DNA of 64,000 nucleotides, from positions 59,582,001 through 59,646,000 of the forward strand of contig OX597824.1 in NCBI GenBank assembly GCA_951406725.2. The letters are read 5' to 3'. Every line of letters starts with the position of its first letter. The first letter of the stretch is position 1. The notes beneath the pieces are model-generated. The model had not been told where the DNA came from, did no database searches, and saw only the letters and a program-made list of their open reading frames with translations. Both the position numbers and the translations under genes were made by a program. Of this stretch, positions 41,489 through 53,371 are shown in pieces. Source of the stretch: Octopus vulgaris (taxonomy: Eukaryota).

Positions 41489-41492
<4 letters not shown>
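38520..41492 (-). mobile_element. Dong-clade LINE, apparent 5' end through RT, 3'-truncated
   Basis: FRPITCLPTMYK, GSYGCKDQLMINK, WIDYRKAFDS, RRGIFQGDTLSPLLF, HLLYMNDLKLY, FGLEKC; four 24-25-nt tandem units at the 5' junction then (TAA)n. Confidence 0.95.
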
Positions 41493-41554
<62 letters not shown>

Positions 41555-41556
<2 letters not shown>

Positions 41557-43480
41557 GTTTCACTTTTGCTTTGTATTTGTACAAGTTGACTCCAAATCTC
41601 ACCCACAGATCTCAAGAGAAAACAAGTAAGAAGTACAAGTTGGTATTATGCCTAAGGTGTCATATATTTGGCTTTGCACATAGAATTGTTCTAGAGAATG
41701 TTTAAGAAAACATAAGAAAATTGTAGGCATGTTAAAAAATTTTATATTACATAGAGAGTATTTTATGTAGGATATAAGCAGTTCCAGTGAGCGCGATCTT
41801 TTGAATTTCAGCCATTTTGGGTTTTCCTGGTATCTGAGCCAGGTAGCAATCAGTCCCTTTTGCTATCATTCCTAGGGTACATATGACAACAGGTATTGTT
41901 TTAGTCTTGAGGTTCCACATATTGTCAATTTCCAGTTCAAGATCTTTATACTTGCTCAGTTTTTTGGTAGGTCTTGCCTGATACATTTATAATGATTGGG
42001 TCAGTCATATCAATGGGATGGCATGATTTTTGTCTGAAGTCTTTCATTATAACGTCTGGCCTATTTGCATCAATCTTTCTGTCAGTTCGAACGGTGAAGT
42101 TCCAGAGGAGTAAGCTGTAATCATTTTTAAGTACTGGAAGTGGTTTGTGTTCCCACCAATTTTTATCATTTAGCAGGTTCAGATTTTTGCAAATTACCCA
42201 GTGAATATATTGTGCAGCTCTATTATACCTGTTGAGATAATCTGTAGGCGCAAGAAGACTGCAAATGGAAATAACATGATCATTGGTTGCATTTTGTTGT
42301 TGACATACACAACACGTTGGGCTACTTCCGTTCTTCAGTATGTTGGCCTGGTAGTTACTTGTCGGTAGGCATTGATCTTAGGCTGCTATGATAAACCCTT
42401 CTGTTTCCGATTTTAGCCAGAAGACACTAACCATTGATTTGTTGCATTTGGAATTCACTCAGATATTCTTGTGTCTGTTTTGTGAAAACTCCACGGCTAC
42501 CCTCTTTTCTTGGCAGGTAAAGTCGTTCTATATCTGCCTTAGGGTGGTGCATTCTATGCATTGTCAACAATTTCGTATTTTTCTGTCAAGAATACATATT
42601 TCAGTAATTGAGCAGTAAATGATATTGAAACTGTAAGTCATGACCGGTATGGCTAAAGTATTGATCACTTCGATTCTGTTTCTTGCATTCAGCTCTGTCT
42701 TGAGTATTGCCCTTACTCTACGATAACATTCTCTTCTGATCCTTCCCCTCATCACTGAATGTTTGATTCCGTTCCCTTCAAATACCCTTAAGTATTTGTA
42801 GCTCTCCGCGGTTTCTAACTCCTTTATGACATTCCGCTGGTCAAGATTAACATTGGATGTTTCTGTCATTTCTCCTTTGATAAATGTAGCTTTTGAGCAT
42901 TTATCTAGGCCAAATTGCATCCTGATGTCATCACTGAATTGTTTAACAATCTCTATTTTATTTTTGCCAAGTTCTTGGCAGAATTCTTTGGGATTGAAGT
43001 TGAACTGTTCGTTTTGTTCAAAGAAACGTTGGCGTTTCTTATACCGGTGGTTTCTTTGTGCTTTGGCGAGGATATCTAGCATTAGCTGTTCTCTTATCTC
43101 AGGTATATCATGTTCTGTAATTTCCGTAGTGTTTTCTACTCTTCTAGTAATGTTGTTTGACTGCTAGTTTCGTTAACGTTTGACAGATCCTTTCTTTTAT
43201 TTTATATTTTTCTGGATATTATTTAGCCACAGGATTTTCTGAATGTTGATATTCCACTTTAGATGGGTTTGAGGGGGTATCCAGCTTCTTTCGTGGTCAT
43301 AGAAGCTGCTGCATATGCTATATCATTTAACATTTGTTTCTGTGGCTATTGGTTCTGTGACGGCCAGGTTCATGTTATTTATTATTGATGTTGTCTTATT
43401 ATCAACTTTAATTTTGGAGAGGTACAGTCGGTGATCCACACTGAGGTCTGTGGCTTTTAATTATTTGATTATACTCATTG
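41555..43480 (-). mobile_element. Dong-clade LINE with RT core deleted
   Basis: ...QELGKNKIEI joined directly to VKQFSDDIRMQFGLDKC; 3' end and UTR like the 32024-33695 family. Confidence 0.88.
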
Positions 43481-44010
43481 ATTTCGCCTGGTTGCAGTCT
43501 TTAGTTGTATTAGTGTTTGTATTGCGTGTTGTGTGTAATGCGAAATGTGTTCCTCTGTTGGGTATCCAGCCTGTAGAATACATGCTATAGGAGTCGTTTA
43601 GTTTATTCGATATTTACTGTATAGAGTGAGTCTTGTGTTTGTGGATTGTTTTGTTCGTAGATAGTTTTGTTTGGGCTGTATTTATTGAATTGATAGTGTC
43701 TTGCGTAGGATGTAGACTGTTCCTAGCAGGGCTATTTTTGGATAGTGTACTGTGTTGAGGATCCGGGTGTAGCTTCTACGCTTTTGTTCATACCCAATGC
43801 ACTAATTATTACTGGTATTGTTTTTGTATTCATGCCCCACATCTTGAAATCTTCGATTTCGTGGTCTTTGTACTTTGACAATTTCTCCACTTCTTTTTTA
43901 GCAATATTTTTGTCTGAAGGGTTTGTAATATCTATCAGTAAGCTGATGTATTTTTTTCAAGCTTTGACTTTTATTTCTGAGTTTTCTTTTATTTCTTTAT
44001 CAGTTTGAAC
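43480..44010 (-). mobile_element. Dong-type 3' fragment (another family)
   Basis: KVEKLSKYKD, MWGMNTKTIPVIISALG, IALLGTVYILRKTL; followed on its 5' side by (TAA)n. Confidence 0.8.
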
Positions 44011-44060
44011 TTATTATTATTATTATTACTATCATAATAATAATAATAATAATAATAATA

Positions 44061-44131
<71 letters not shown>

Positions 44132-44779
44132 CTGCAGAATACATAAGATGTGTTTTCAAACTTTCCATATTGGTGCACCATAAGACACTTGTTTACACCG
44201 GTTTGGTGCTTATTTCCATTATTTGCTTTATTCCAAGTTATCAATAGAAATACCAGGAACCTGTTACAGGTGTTCTACGATTGTTTAGCCCTCCAGGAGT
44301 TATACTCGGCCCACCTAATATGTTCGGTGGGCGCTTAATTTAATTTAATCAAGCACAACTCAAAAAGATGGCGGGGCGCGTCTTGAAAGAGTTGAGAGAG
44401 AAGAAATCCGGTGGCTACTGAAGATTTCCATCCCCTTCCCTCCGTTACTATCAACAGGAGAAGGGGAGTAGAAAAACGAGACAATTACAGTACAACGTCC
44501 ACCACAGCGGTAGTAACAGTTACAGCAACAGCGGTAGCAGATACTAAAGCAGCAGCCTCAACAATAACAACAGCAGAAGCAGCAATAGTAGTAGTGATAG
44601 CAACAACAACAACGAAAATGACAGCAACATCACCGTAACAATGGTAGCAACAGCAGCAACGATAGCAAAACAACAAAACAACAACAACAATAAAACCAAC
44701 ACTAACAACATCGGTAAAAACAACGACAGCAACAATAACGGCAGCAGCAACAGCAACAGCAACAACAATAACGACGAGA

Positions 44780-45852
44780 ACATTACCAACAGCAAAAGCA
44801 CGTTCGCGGCAGCAGAAGCGAAAAAGAAGCAACGCTTTACCGTGAACCTCACAAACAGGGACGAAATGTTAACGCAAGCATGGAAACTAATCAAACAAGA
44901 AAAGTCATGGGCCAAACTTACTTATCCGTTAGAGGCAATTGGAGCAGTGGAGAAAAGAATGGTACATATCAGCAGAGACGAAAAGAGAGGCTTGATAGTT
45001 GGTGGCTTCTGGGATGCGTAATTGTGGAGGGGACGGATACTGTCCCGATAGAAGTGACAAGAACTACAAGGGAGGACTGGTCCGGCGTTGACCTGGAGAT
45101 ACCTCTCCAGATCAGACCCGAAAACATAAAAAAATCCTGGACTACATCCGTCTCCAGAACACAACAACTGAGGGCAAAAGGCTGCATTGTTTCGTGTGTG
45201 AAAAAGCTACTCATTTGCGAGTTCGCTGCCCCATGTGGTAAAAGGTGCAAGGGGTCAAAGGCCTCTATAGCTGCCTATGTCGGGACAAAAATTCGAGAGA
45301 GCTTTCCGAGGGACGTGGGAACCCCGAACGTGAGACCCACATCAAAGCTCTTAAAGGGGTTCCCAAAAATCCCCCTCTCATTATGGAAATCGAACCACCT
45401 GACCTTCACAAGACGTCAGGAGGTAAGTAAACCTTTCCCTTCTCTCTTTAGATTGCCAACATGGCCATATTAAGTGTAGGAATTTTAAATGTTCGAGGCC
45501 TGGGGTCGCCCTGAAAGCAAGGGCACTTGCTCAACGACCTCAAGTCTTTAGAATTGGATATAAGTGCTGTCAGTGGGACCAGGATTTCCAATACATGCGC
45601 ACTGGCCCCATGTTCGACGACTGTCAGATCTTTGCATCTGTTAGTTGGATGGTTATGGGAAGTGGAGTGGTAGTGCTATTTAGGAAAGAACTGAATTTCG
45701 AGGTTAGGTCATCTTCCGGGACCCGGACGGGAAGTTGGGGGTCCTAAACGTGAGAAATAGTGTAGGTAGTGTCTTTAGTGTGGTGGTCGTCTACGCCCCT
45801 ACTGGAGCCAAACGGCCACATTTCTTTAGGCGTCTGGAAGCCTTTCTAGGTA
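44780..45852 (+). mobile_element. L1/Tx1-type LINE: deleted ORF1 plus start of ORF2 (APE)
   Basis: ORF1 end PPLIME...SGGK* (45430); ORF2 ATG 45461 MAILSVGILNVRGLGSP*KQGHLLNDL...GVVVLF...VVYAPTGAKRPHFFRRLE. Confidence 0.82.
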
Positions 45853-46359
45853 CAACAACAACAACAGTATTCAATTGCGTATGGCTTTCGGGTTTAAACA
45901 CGAGCAACAATAAATTGTCTTTTGGTAATGATTTGCTCAGTAGAAAAATATTTTCCTGAAAGATCAAAAACCTATGAATATTTTGTGCATCGAAATGGGT
46001 CCATACTTGCTCAGAGGTTTACAAAAGCCAATGAGAAGAGAAAACCAATGTACCTATACCTTATGAAAACATGGGATCACACCCAAGCACGAATTGTGAA
46101 CAGCTCCCGGGAGACGCGCAGATACACGGACAAACACACAGACACTCAGACACACAGATACATAGACACGCGCGTGCATACACACACAGACAAATGTACA
46201 GATACATACATAAAAGGACATACACAGACACACAGGCACAGACGCACAGTTTCATAGATACACAGATGCACACATATTTGCGGGTAAAAATAAGCAAGTT
46301 GTACAATTGCAGGAGAGAAAGGAGAGATTTGGAAAAATAAAAATTTCGCTGTGATTGAT

Positions 46360-47150
46360 GAAAACCAAACGTTTTATTGATCATTAAAAGATGACTATTC
46401 TTGAAGAAATTTGCGTTTTGTGTTAATCAATCAAATGCTGAAAGGCTCTCTTAATATTAAGCAACATCTAATTTTTAAGTGTCAACAACTATCCTTTCGA
46501 AGTAATTACCTGACTAAGGGGAGAGTCTACAATGCAAATGTACAGATTGATAGTAACCCGATGTAGAAAACATGTATCGGATTAACAGAAGATGCTTTTA
46601 AAACAAGATTCTACTTGCTTTAAGAATTTACGAACTTTTTTAAATATTTGAACACAAGTCTGGCCGGGAATATTCTGCTTTTGAAGAAATCCGACTTAGC
46701 TCACTTTAAAGAACACTAGTCTGTTTTAGAAAGAGATTATCTATATAAAGATAGTCTTCACGCACAATTTTATGTAATATCCGTTTGAGCGAGTATTACA
46801 TCATTCTTTTTCAGAATAATTTTGGTTTCCTCCAGACCCACATCGAAATACTTGCTCGGTATTCCGTAGCCTGTTAATGGATGATGAGTGATAAATATTT
46901 TTCGAACTTCTCAGTGAAATGAAATGTTTTGGATTTTAAAGCTGCTAACTTTTTGAAGTTTTGGCATTTTACATTGTTTATCAACTTTTTCTAACGTTTT
47001 TGCACAGCAACAATTTGTTTATGTTCTGGTTTTTGTGATAATGAGTTATGCGTGTGTGTGCATTAATTTTTATTCATTTGTGAACCTCCAAAATCTTTGA
47101 GATTTTCACGCTTAAGAAGACACATAGAATGAGATAGCTGTGGGTTCAAA
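46360..47150 (+). mobile_element. Decayed PLE GIY-YIG remnant
   Basis: YLTKGRVYNANV...TCIGLTEDAFKTRFY at ~46500-46615. Confidence 0.5.
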
Positions 47151-47672
47151 TTCTATATTTTCTCTTCATTTTCAAATTATATTTAGTGTGTACACTAAAC
47201 ATTTTGAAACGCTTCCATAAATCACTATTGAGGTGCTTTGAAAAATATCCATGCATTTAAGCGACGTTATGTACATTTAAAGCGATTTAAAATCTTGAAT
47301 TCTGGGCTAAAAGATTTTCTGGGCGAAGTTTGCGTACATACAATCTTTGTCATTAGAGAGAGACAAAATACTTCTGGGGAAATGATTGCGTTTGCATCGT
47401 TTTTATATTTTGATGAACAGAGTTGTGTTATAAGCACAGTGTGTATATAATGAACGCATGTTGTAATACTGTATTTTGTCTTATAGGCATACATATATGT
47501 GTGTATATATATTATCATGTTTGCATACACATACACGCACGCACACACGCACACGCACACACATATATGAACAAAGGGAGAACAGAGTGAAAGCGAGAGA
47601 AATAGTAAATGAAAAATAAACAGTCATGTTTAAAGATAACTTCAGAGACAAGTAAAATAAAATATTGTTTTA

Positions 47673-47879
47673 TTAAATTTCTTCTTTACTTTTGGAATTT
47701 ATATTTTTCCTCTTCTTTGCACCTTCTCCTTTACCGCGCTCCCGTTTGGAGCTCAGTATTTCATCCAAATGCTGTGGTAGTTGTTTATTATGCGTTTCAG
47801 GAAGAGTCAATAACAAGCTCGATGCAATGAAACAACCAGCACCAAATACAAGTGCTGGGCCCCAAACAACACGCGCAGC
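47673..47879 (-). CDS. SLC22-family transporter, last coding exon
   Basis: tttttcag| phase 0; AARVVWGPALVFGAGCFIASSLLLTLPETHNKQLPQHLDE...KEEI* (TM12 plus LPET..+.LP motif); TAA stop at 47675-47673 overlapped by AATAAA. Confidence 0.9.
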   Translation of the reverse strand, partial: AARVVWGPALVFGAGCFIASSLLLTLPETHNKQLPQHLDEILSSKRERGKGEGAKKRKNINSKSKEEI

Positions 47880-47980
47880 CTGAAAAAAAAAATTTACAAA
47901 TTATATATATATGTATATATATATGCATATATATATGCGTATATGCATGCATATGTTTGTGTGTGTGTGTGTGTGTATAT

Positions 47981-48014
<34 letters not shown>

Positions 48015-49527
48015 ATAATGGTGACGATGTGTACGATAATTAACAGGAAGGACAAGAAACAAATATGGATAAGCACTGTTTAACAGCTAGCTTTTTGTTC
48101 AGAGTTAATGCGAGCAGTCATCGCTTGTTTTGACTGTGCTTAAATACTAAAGTAATACCATGAAGAAAGAAGCAGTCGGTTAACAAAGTAGGCGTTTTGA
48201 AGGCGAACCGTTGGCTTATGAATGTATATAGTGAAATGTTGGGCCTTAGCATGTCGGCTGGTAAAACATTAAGTCGAAAGCCTAACAAGTACATGATCAA
48301 TCACACTGGTCAGTCAGTCATTATATATCATGTGTTCCTGTGTATGTAGGAAAATTAAGGACAATGAAGATTACGTTACGACTGATAGTTGGGGTATACG
48401 GATTGGACTGATTTGCTAGTAACACAGAACCATGTCAATTATGTAGGTAGTAAATGGAGTGAGAATGAATGGCTTTGACGTTCCTGGTCGTTAGTCTGAG
48501 CTGGTCTCATTGCATGAAGTACAATCACCCGTCTAGCGATTGCACTGACATCTATCAGAGAATCACCAACAGGGTTGTCGGTATGCTTGAGATCGAACAT
48601 GACTGTGGTAAATTCACTGACGTCGGTCAGTTGTCACATTCGTTTTTGTATGGCAAATTAGAAGCAGCAGGGAGGGCAGAACATGAATGGTTTGTGCTCT
48701 CTCAACATTTGGGAGGGTCGTCACTGCAAAAAAATGTAAACGGCACAAAGAAAGGCAAATCGTTAGCAATCCATGGTCACGTGTACTACATTCAGTTTCC
48801 ACAGAGCTGAATTTCCGAGAAAAGTCTTTGCCGCCTCGACGGTGCTTGTTTTAAAACCCATTCTACTGCAATAAATTAATCGTTATTGCAATATTTTTTA
48901 AGTGATATAACGATCTAATTGGAGGAGCTTACTTAATAGTGGGAAAAACCGTTGCATCTTTATTCAATCAAATGATTTCGTTAGTATTCAATATTCCTGC
49001 TGTAGAAAGAGAATGTAGCCGTCTTTTTATTTCTGAGAGTTGCTTTTCTATAAATCAATGGCAGAAATTGATGATTGCTAAGAATTCCTGAAGCTGTCGT
49101 CCTATGTTGAGAGAAGGGAAATTTTCTGATTGCTACAACTCGATTATTTCGAGGAAGTGGGCATCTCCAAATTCAGTTTTGCTAGATTTAGATTTAGAAA
49201 TCTGTACACCACTGAGGTTACCTTACTGTATGTCTGCAACATCATATCCCTGACGCTGATAGCTTAGTCTCAAACGAATTGTCTCTTCTGCCTTCATAGC
49301 AAAAAGTAAAATTTTACTCGTCAAGCAATTGAGACTTCAGCGAGATCATCTAGCAGTTAAGAGAAGTATCATATTAAAACATACTCAGAACAATATACCT
49401 GCATAGCAAAAATTATTATAAATGCATGCATGTGTGTGCGTGTGTCAGTGATAGAGAGAGTGAGTGAGAGAGTGTGTACGTGTGTGCATATATATTAAGT
49501 TATAGCTTAAGAAAACATTTTACTTAC

Positions 49528-49600
49528 CAGCATTCTTGTGTAAGGAGAGAACACGCCACCGATACGTGCTGTAGCTGAGGCTATACCCATTCCAGCATTC
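49528..49600 (-). CDS. SLC22-family transporter exon
   Basis: taacag|G ... CTG|gtaagt; 73 nt; NAGMGIASATARIGGVFSPYTRML (TM11 G.G..S..AR.G...SP motif). Confidence 0.92.
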
Positions 49601-50359
49601 CTGTTAAAAGACAATCCAACAATCATTAATTAAAGAGATTTTTTTTTATAGAAACTGTCTCGAGACGAACAAGACGCCTTGTTCATGGTAATTATTGTTT
49701 ATGTTGGTCCTGGGCAATCATACAAATCAATGATGGATGATAATCAAACCACGAATATTCAGTGGTTTTCCCTTTTTCACCATTGCATCCAGAATCTCAT
49801 TTCCCAATGTCTGCTTGCCATTTTCAAAAGGTATTTTGTGAAGATTGAGGCAGATTACGCTGATAATTCTAACTAGTGCACTAATCACTTATATTTTCCT
49901 TTGCTGGATTATATTGACGAATTTATTGTGACGAATTTACCACAGAATGCAATTTTTGAACAAACAGTTATCACAACTTCCTGTATCAACTTTTGAGTTG
50001 CGATTTCTGGACCATGCAGCATAGTTTATCGAGTGACTGACTCAAATGAAAACTCCTTTCTAAGACACAACACTGAAAGAGTTTTCCAATTACTCAGTTT
50101 TCCATTCCCATTTGGTGGAATTAAACTCAGCACAACAAAATACTGAAACGCTCGTTTATACAACAAGCGAACATCATAAATCATGAAAATGTCGGTGGCG
50201 ATCAAAACACGCTGGTGAGTGGAAGCTAGGATCTTGGCTGAAACCATTTCACTTTACAAACGCTCCCGATGCTCTTTGAGGAAGAATGAGTATTCCAATC
50301 TCATGTCACTGTTTGCAATATGTATAACAACTGTAGGTCTCCAGTCAAAATATTTATAT

Positions 50360-50740
50360 TCACTTTCACATCCTTCTGTGGTTGTCAACTATCCTGTTGA
50401 ATTCTTAAATTTTTGGAACCTCTTGGACTCCCACAAAACCGACTTCTGTTGAAAGTAAGAACCATCATTATGCTATCATGGAACCTTAACCAGCCTCGGT
50501 TGTGTGATGGTACTAGACGGTGCTAAAAGTCAACGCCCGATATTATTTAGACCACTATTTTAACTGGTTATTCCATGGGAGATATTCTTATACCCAGAAT
50601 ACCCTTAATACCATCCGACACAGAAATTCTTTTGCATTAAAAGGGCTGCGACAGCCAATAAAACTCAGTTTTTCTATGTCTGTAAATAAATCACAAGGAC
50701 AGACTTTATTTTTTCCTGGGCTACAACTTGAACATTGAGG
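50360..50740 (+). mobile_element. Helitron Pif1-helicase C-terminal remnant (intronic)
   Basis: LLLKV..IIML.WNLNQPRLCDGTR, ILIPRIPLIPSD, PIKLSFSMSVNKSQGQTL. Confidence 0.8.
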
Positions 50741-51714
50741 ACGAAATAACACAATAAGAATGTGAAGTGGTGCTGAAGGAATGGGAGGACTACAAGTGAA
50801 ATATAAATATGTGTAAAGCGCGGCAAAATAGTGTTATATAGGTTGTCAAAACAATACACACACACACACATATAATTTGTTTGTTCGTTCGCCCGTTATA
50901 CATTAGTTAATTAAAGAGGTGGAGTAAGTGAGTGGTGGAGTAAGAGTGAGAGAGAGCGGGAGGGGTGAAGAAAGAAGAGAGGAAGAAGTAGAGGAAGGTG
51001 ATTAATATCACTACACACAGACCAAATAGTCACGGGGTCAGCTGAAGGTAGAGGCGAAGAACGAGAGAAAAGAATGACGAGAGAAAAAGTATGAGAGGGA
51101 AGTGTAAACGACGTGTGGTGGGTTGGGGGAGGAACATTTATTACGTGGTTAAAAAGTAGAGAATGATAGATAAAGATGAACAAGGGGGGTCAGTTATATT
51201 GGGAGAGAGAAGAGAGAGGAGGGAGAGATAGCGGTGATGGTGGTGATGGTGTGTTATTAGAGGAAAGTATTTTTTTCCTTTTTGAACTAATATTTTTTAT
51301 AGCGACCATCACTTAATGCCTACGCATAAGTGCAATTAGTTATCGTCTACTCTCTGAAAAAACTGATATTTATATCTATATGTGTTAAATTAGCCTAAAC
51401 TCAGGATACATATGAAATAGGGTTGCAAGCTGCCCGAGAAAGGATGTGTAGGTATAGAGCACGGACCAGAGAGAAACAGCGAGAAGATAAAATAAAAAGA
51501 AAAAACAACGGAGCCATGAGGAAATGGATGTAGACGAACGTCAAGAATATTAAAAGAAAGCTGAACAATGAATGCTGTAAAAATCTAAATCATCCTTTCT
51601 TTCTTAAATAGGTCCTCTTAATTTTTTCCTTCCGTGGAATTTACACCTGTCCCACAAGCGTGTGTGTGTGTATATATATGTGTGTGTATATATATGTGTG
51701 TGTATATATATATA

Positions 51715-52418
51715 TATGAATAAATGAAAGAAAGGGGTCGAACGAAGATGTTAGCAAAATTCCTTTACTCTCGACATATGTTTCGAAGACAACATGGTTT
51801 CATTCCAAAGGAATAAAGGGTGCATTATGCAATCTTCTCATCGGGAAAGAAAGGGAGCCTCTCTCGACAACAAGACAAACAAAAATTTCGATGACTGCCT
51901 ACATGGTAAACAAAACGATAATGAGTGTTTTTAAAAAAAAACCGTTAGAAGAATTGACGTCAAAGATAGATAGTAGGAAGAGAAGGGTTAAAGGAATAAT
52001 AGGTAGGGAATAAGTGGAGAGGGAAGGGTACGTTGATTGAAAGAATGTTCGAAGGCTTAGGAAAGAATTTCGCTATTGAAGTGGAGTGCACGTTAAGCTA
52101 ATTGTTCAAACCACAGTGACTATCCTTATCATTTATATGAGTAGAAGGTATGTTTCTGCCAGTGTTTACATTTGTATGATTTTTCTATGAGTGTGTTTAC
52201 AATTGGAACCTTAGAGAATCTGAACTCTTCCATATTCTCTTCTCTAAGGTTTCCCTTGTAAACACACTCATAGAAAAATCATACAAATGTAAACACTGGC
52301 AGAAACATACCTTCTACTCATATAAATGATAAGGATAGTCACTGTGGTTTGAACAATTAGCTTAACGTGCACTCCACTTCAATAGCGAAATTCTTTCCTA
52401 AGCCTTCGAACATTCTTT
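51715..52418. mobile_element. PLE terminal fragment with perfect 163-bp fold-back
   Basis: 52040-52202 is the exact reverse complement of 52256-52418; left arm extends to a hammerhead and (TA)n. Confidence 0.85.
51762..51855 (-). ncRNA. Type I hammerhead ribozyme motif (PLE-associated)
   Basis: ccctttctttc CCGATGA GAAGA...TCTTC GAAA CATATG TC^ gagagtaaagg: core, long stem II, palindromic stem III, GUC site. Confidence 0.7.
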
Positions 52419-52419
52419 A

Positions 52420-53370
52420 CAGGTGTTTGAACTGAGTCAAGTGTGAAATGGAGCCTGTTGAGTGTCGAGCAGTGATCCGGTTTTTGTATTTGAAAGGACG
52501 CACACCACGGGAGACTTTTGATGAAATGAAAGTAACTTATGGTGATGATGCCCCATCATCTGACCTTGTAAAGCGCTGGCATCGTGAATTCAAACATGGT
52601 CGGAACTCTGTGGAAACAGCTCCCAAATCTGGTCGCCCCCCTTCTGCCATTGATGAGGCATCTGTCCGTCAAGTTGAGGTTGCCATTTTGGAAGATCGAC
52701 GCATAACTATTCGCCAAATAGCCCATGAGGTCAAGATTAGTACCGGGTCTGTGGAAACTATCATTTATGACCATTTGCATATGCAAAAGGTATCTGCCAG
52801 ATGGATTCCCAGGTTGCTCACACCTTTCCAGAAGCAAGTACGGCCGAGTGCTCGAGGATGAATTTGGAGATGTGCCAAGAAGATGAATCAAAATTTTTCA
52901 AACGACTGATTACACAGGATGAAATCTGGGTCCATTACTATGATCCAGAGACCAAAGCCCAGTCAATGCAGTGGAAGCACTGTGACTCACCTCCTCCAAA
53001 GAAGGCAAGGGTGCAGCCCTCCGCTGGCAAGGTCATGCTCACAGTCTTCTGGGACCAGGACGGATTAGTGATGACAGATTTCCTGGCAAAGGGTACCACA
53101 ATTACAGGAGCCTATTATGATTCACTTTTGAAGAAATTAAGAGAAGCCATCAAAACAAGAGGCGGGGCAAGATCAGCAAAGGCATCCTCCTCCTGCAGGA
53201 CAACGCTCCGGTCCACAACTCGCATGTTGCCAGATCAGAAACACAGGCGTGCGGCTATGAACTCCTCCCCCATCCCCCCTTCTCTCCTGACCTTGCACCC
53301 TCTGATTTTCACCTCTTCCCAGCCATGAAGTTGTTTTTGAAAGGAAAGTGTTTCCCAGATAATGCAGCAT
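52420..53370 (+). mobile_element. mariner (irritans-like) transposase, frameshifted, both TIRs lost
   Basis: RAVIRFLYLKG, ARWIPRLLT, ITQDEIWVHYYDPETKAQSMQW, LQDNAPVH, PDLAPSDFHLF. Confidence 0.92.
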
Positions 53371-53371
53371 G

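Noticed and set aside
41395-41492. CRISPR-like repeat array
   Set aside because: Units are directly tandem with no unique spacers, there are no cas genes, and the context is a eukaryotic LINE end
48700-49900. Helitron helicase remnants flanking the 49528-49600 exon (possible exon capture)
   Set aside because: Similarity to Pif1 motifs is too weak by eye; only 50360-50740 is convincing, and the exon fits the host gene normally
52448-53328. SETMAR-like gene or active mariner
   Set aside because: No SET domain, multiple frameshifts and no TIRs
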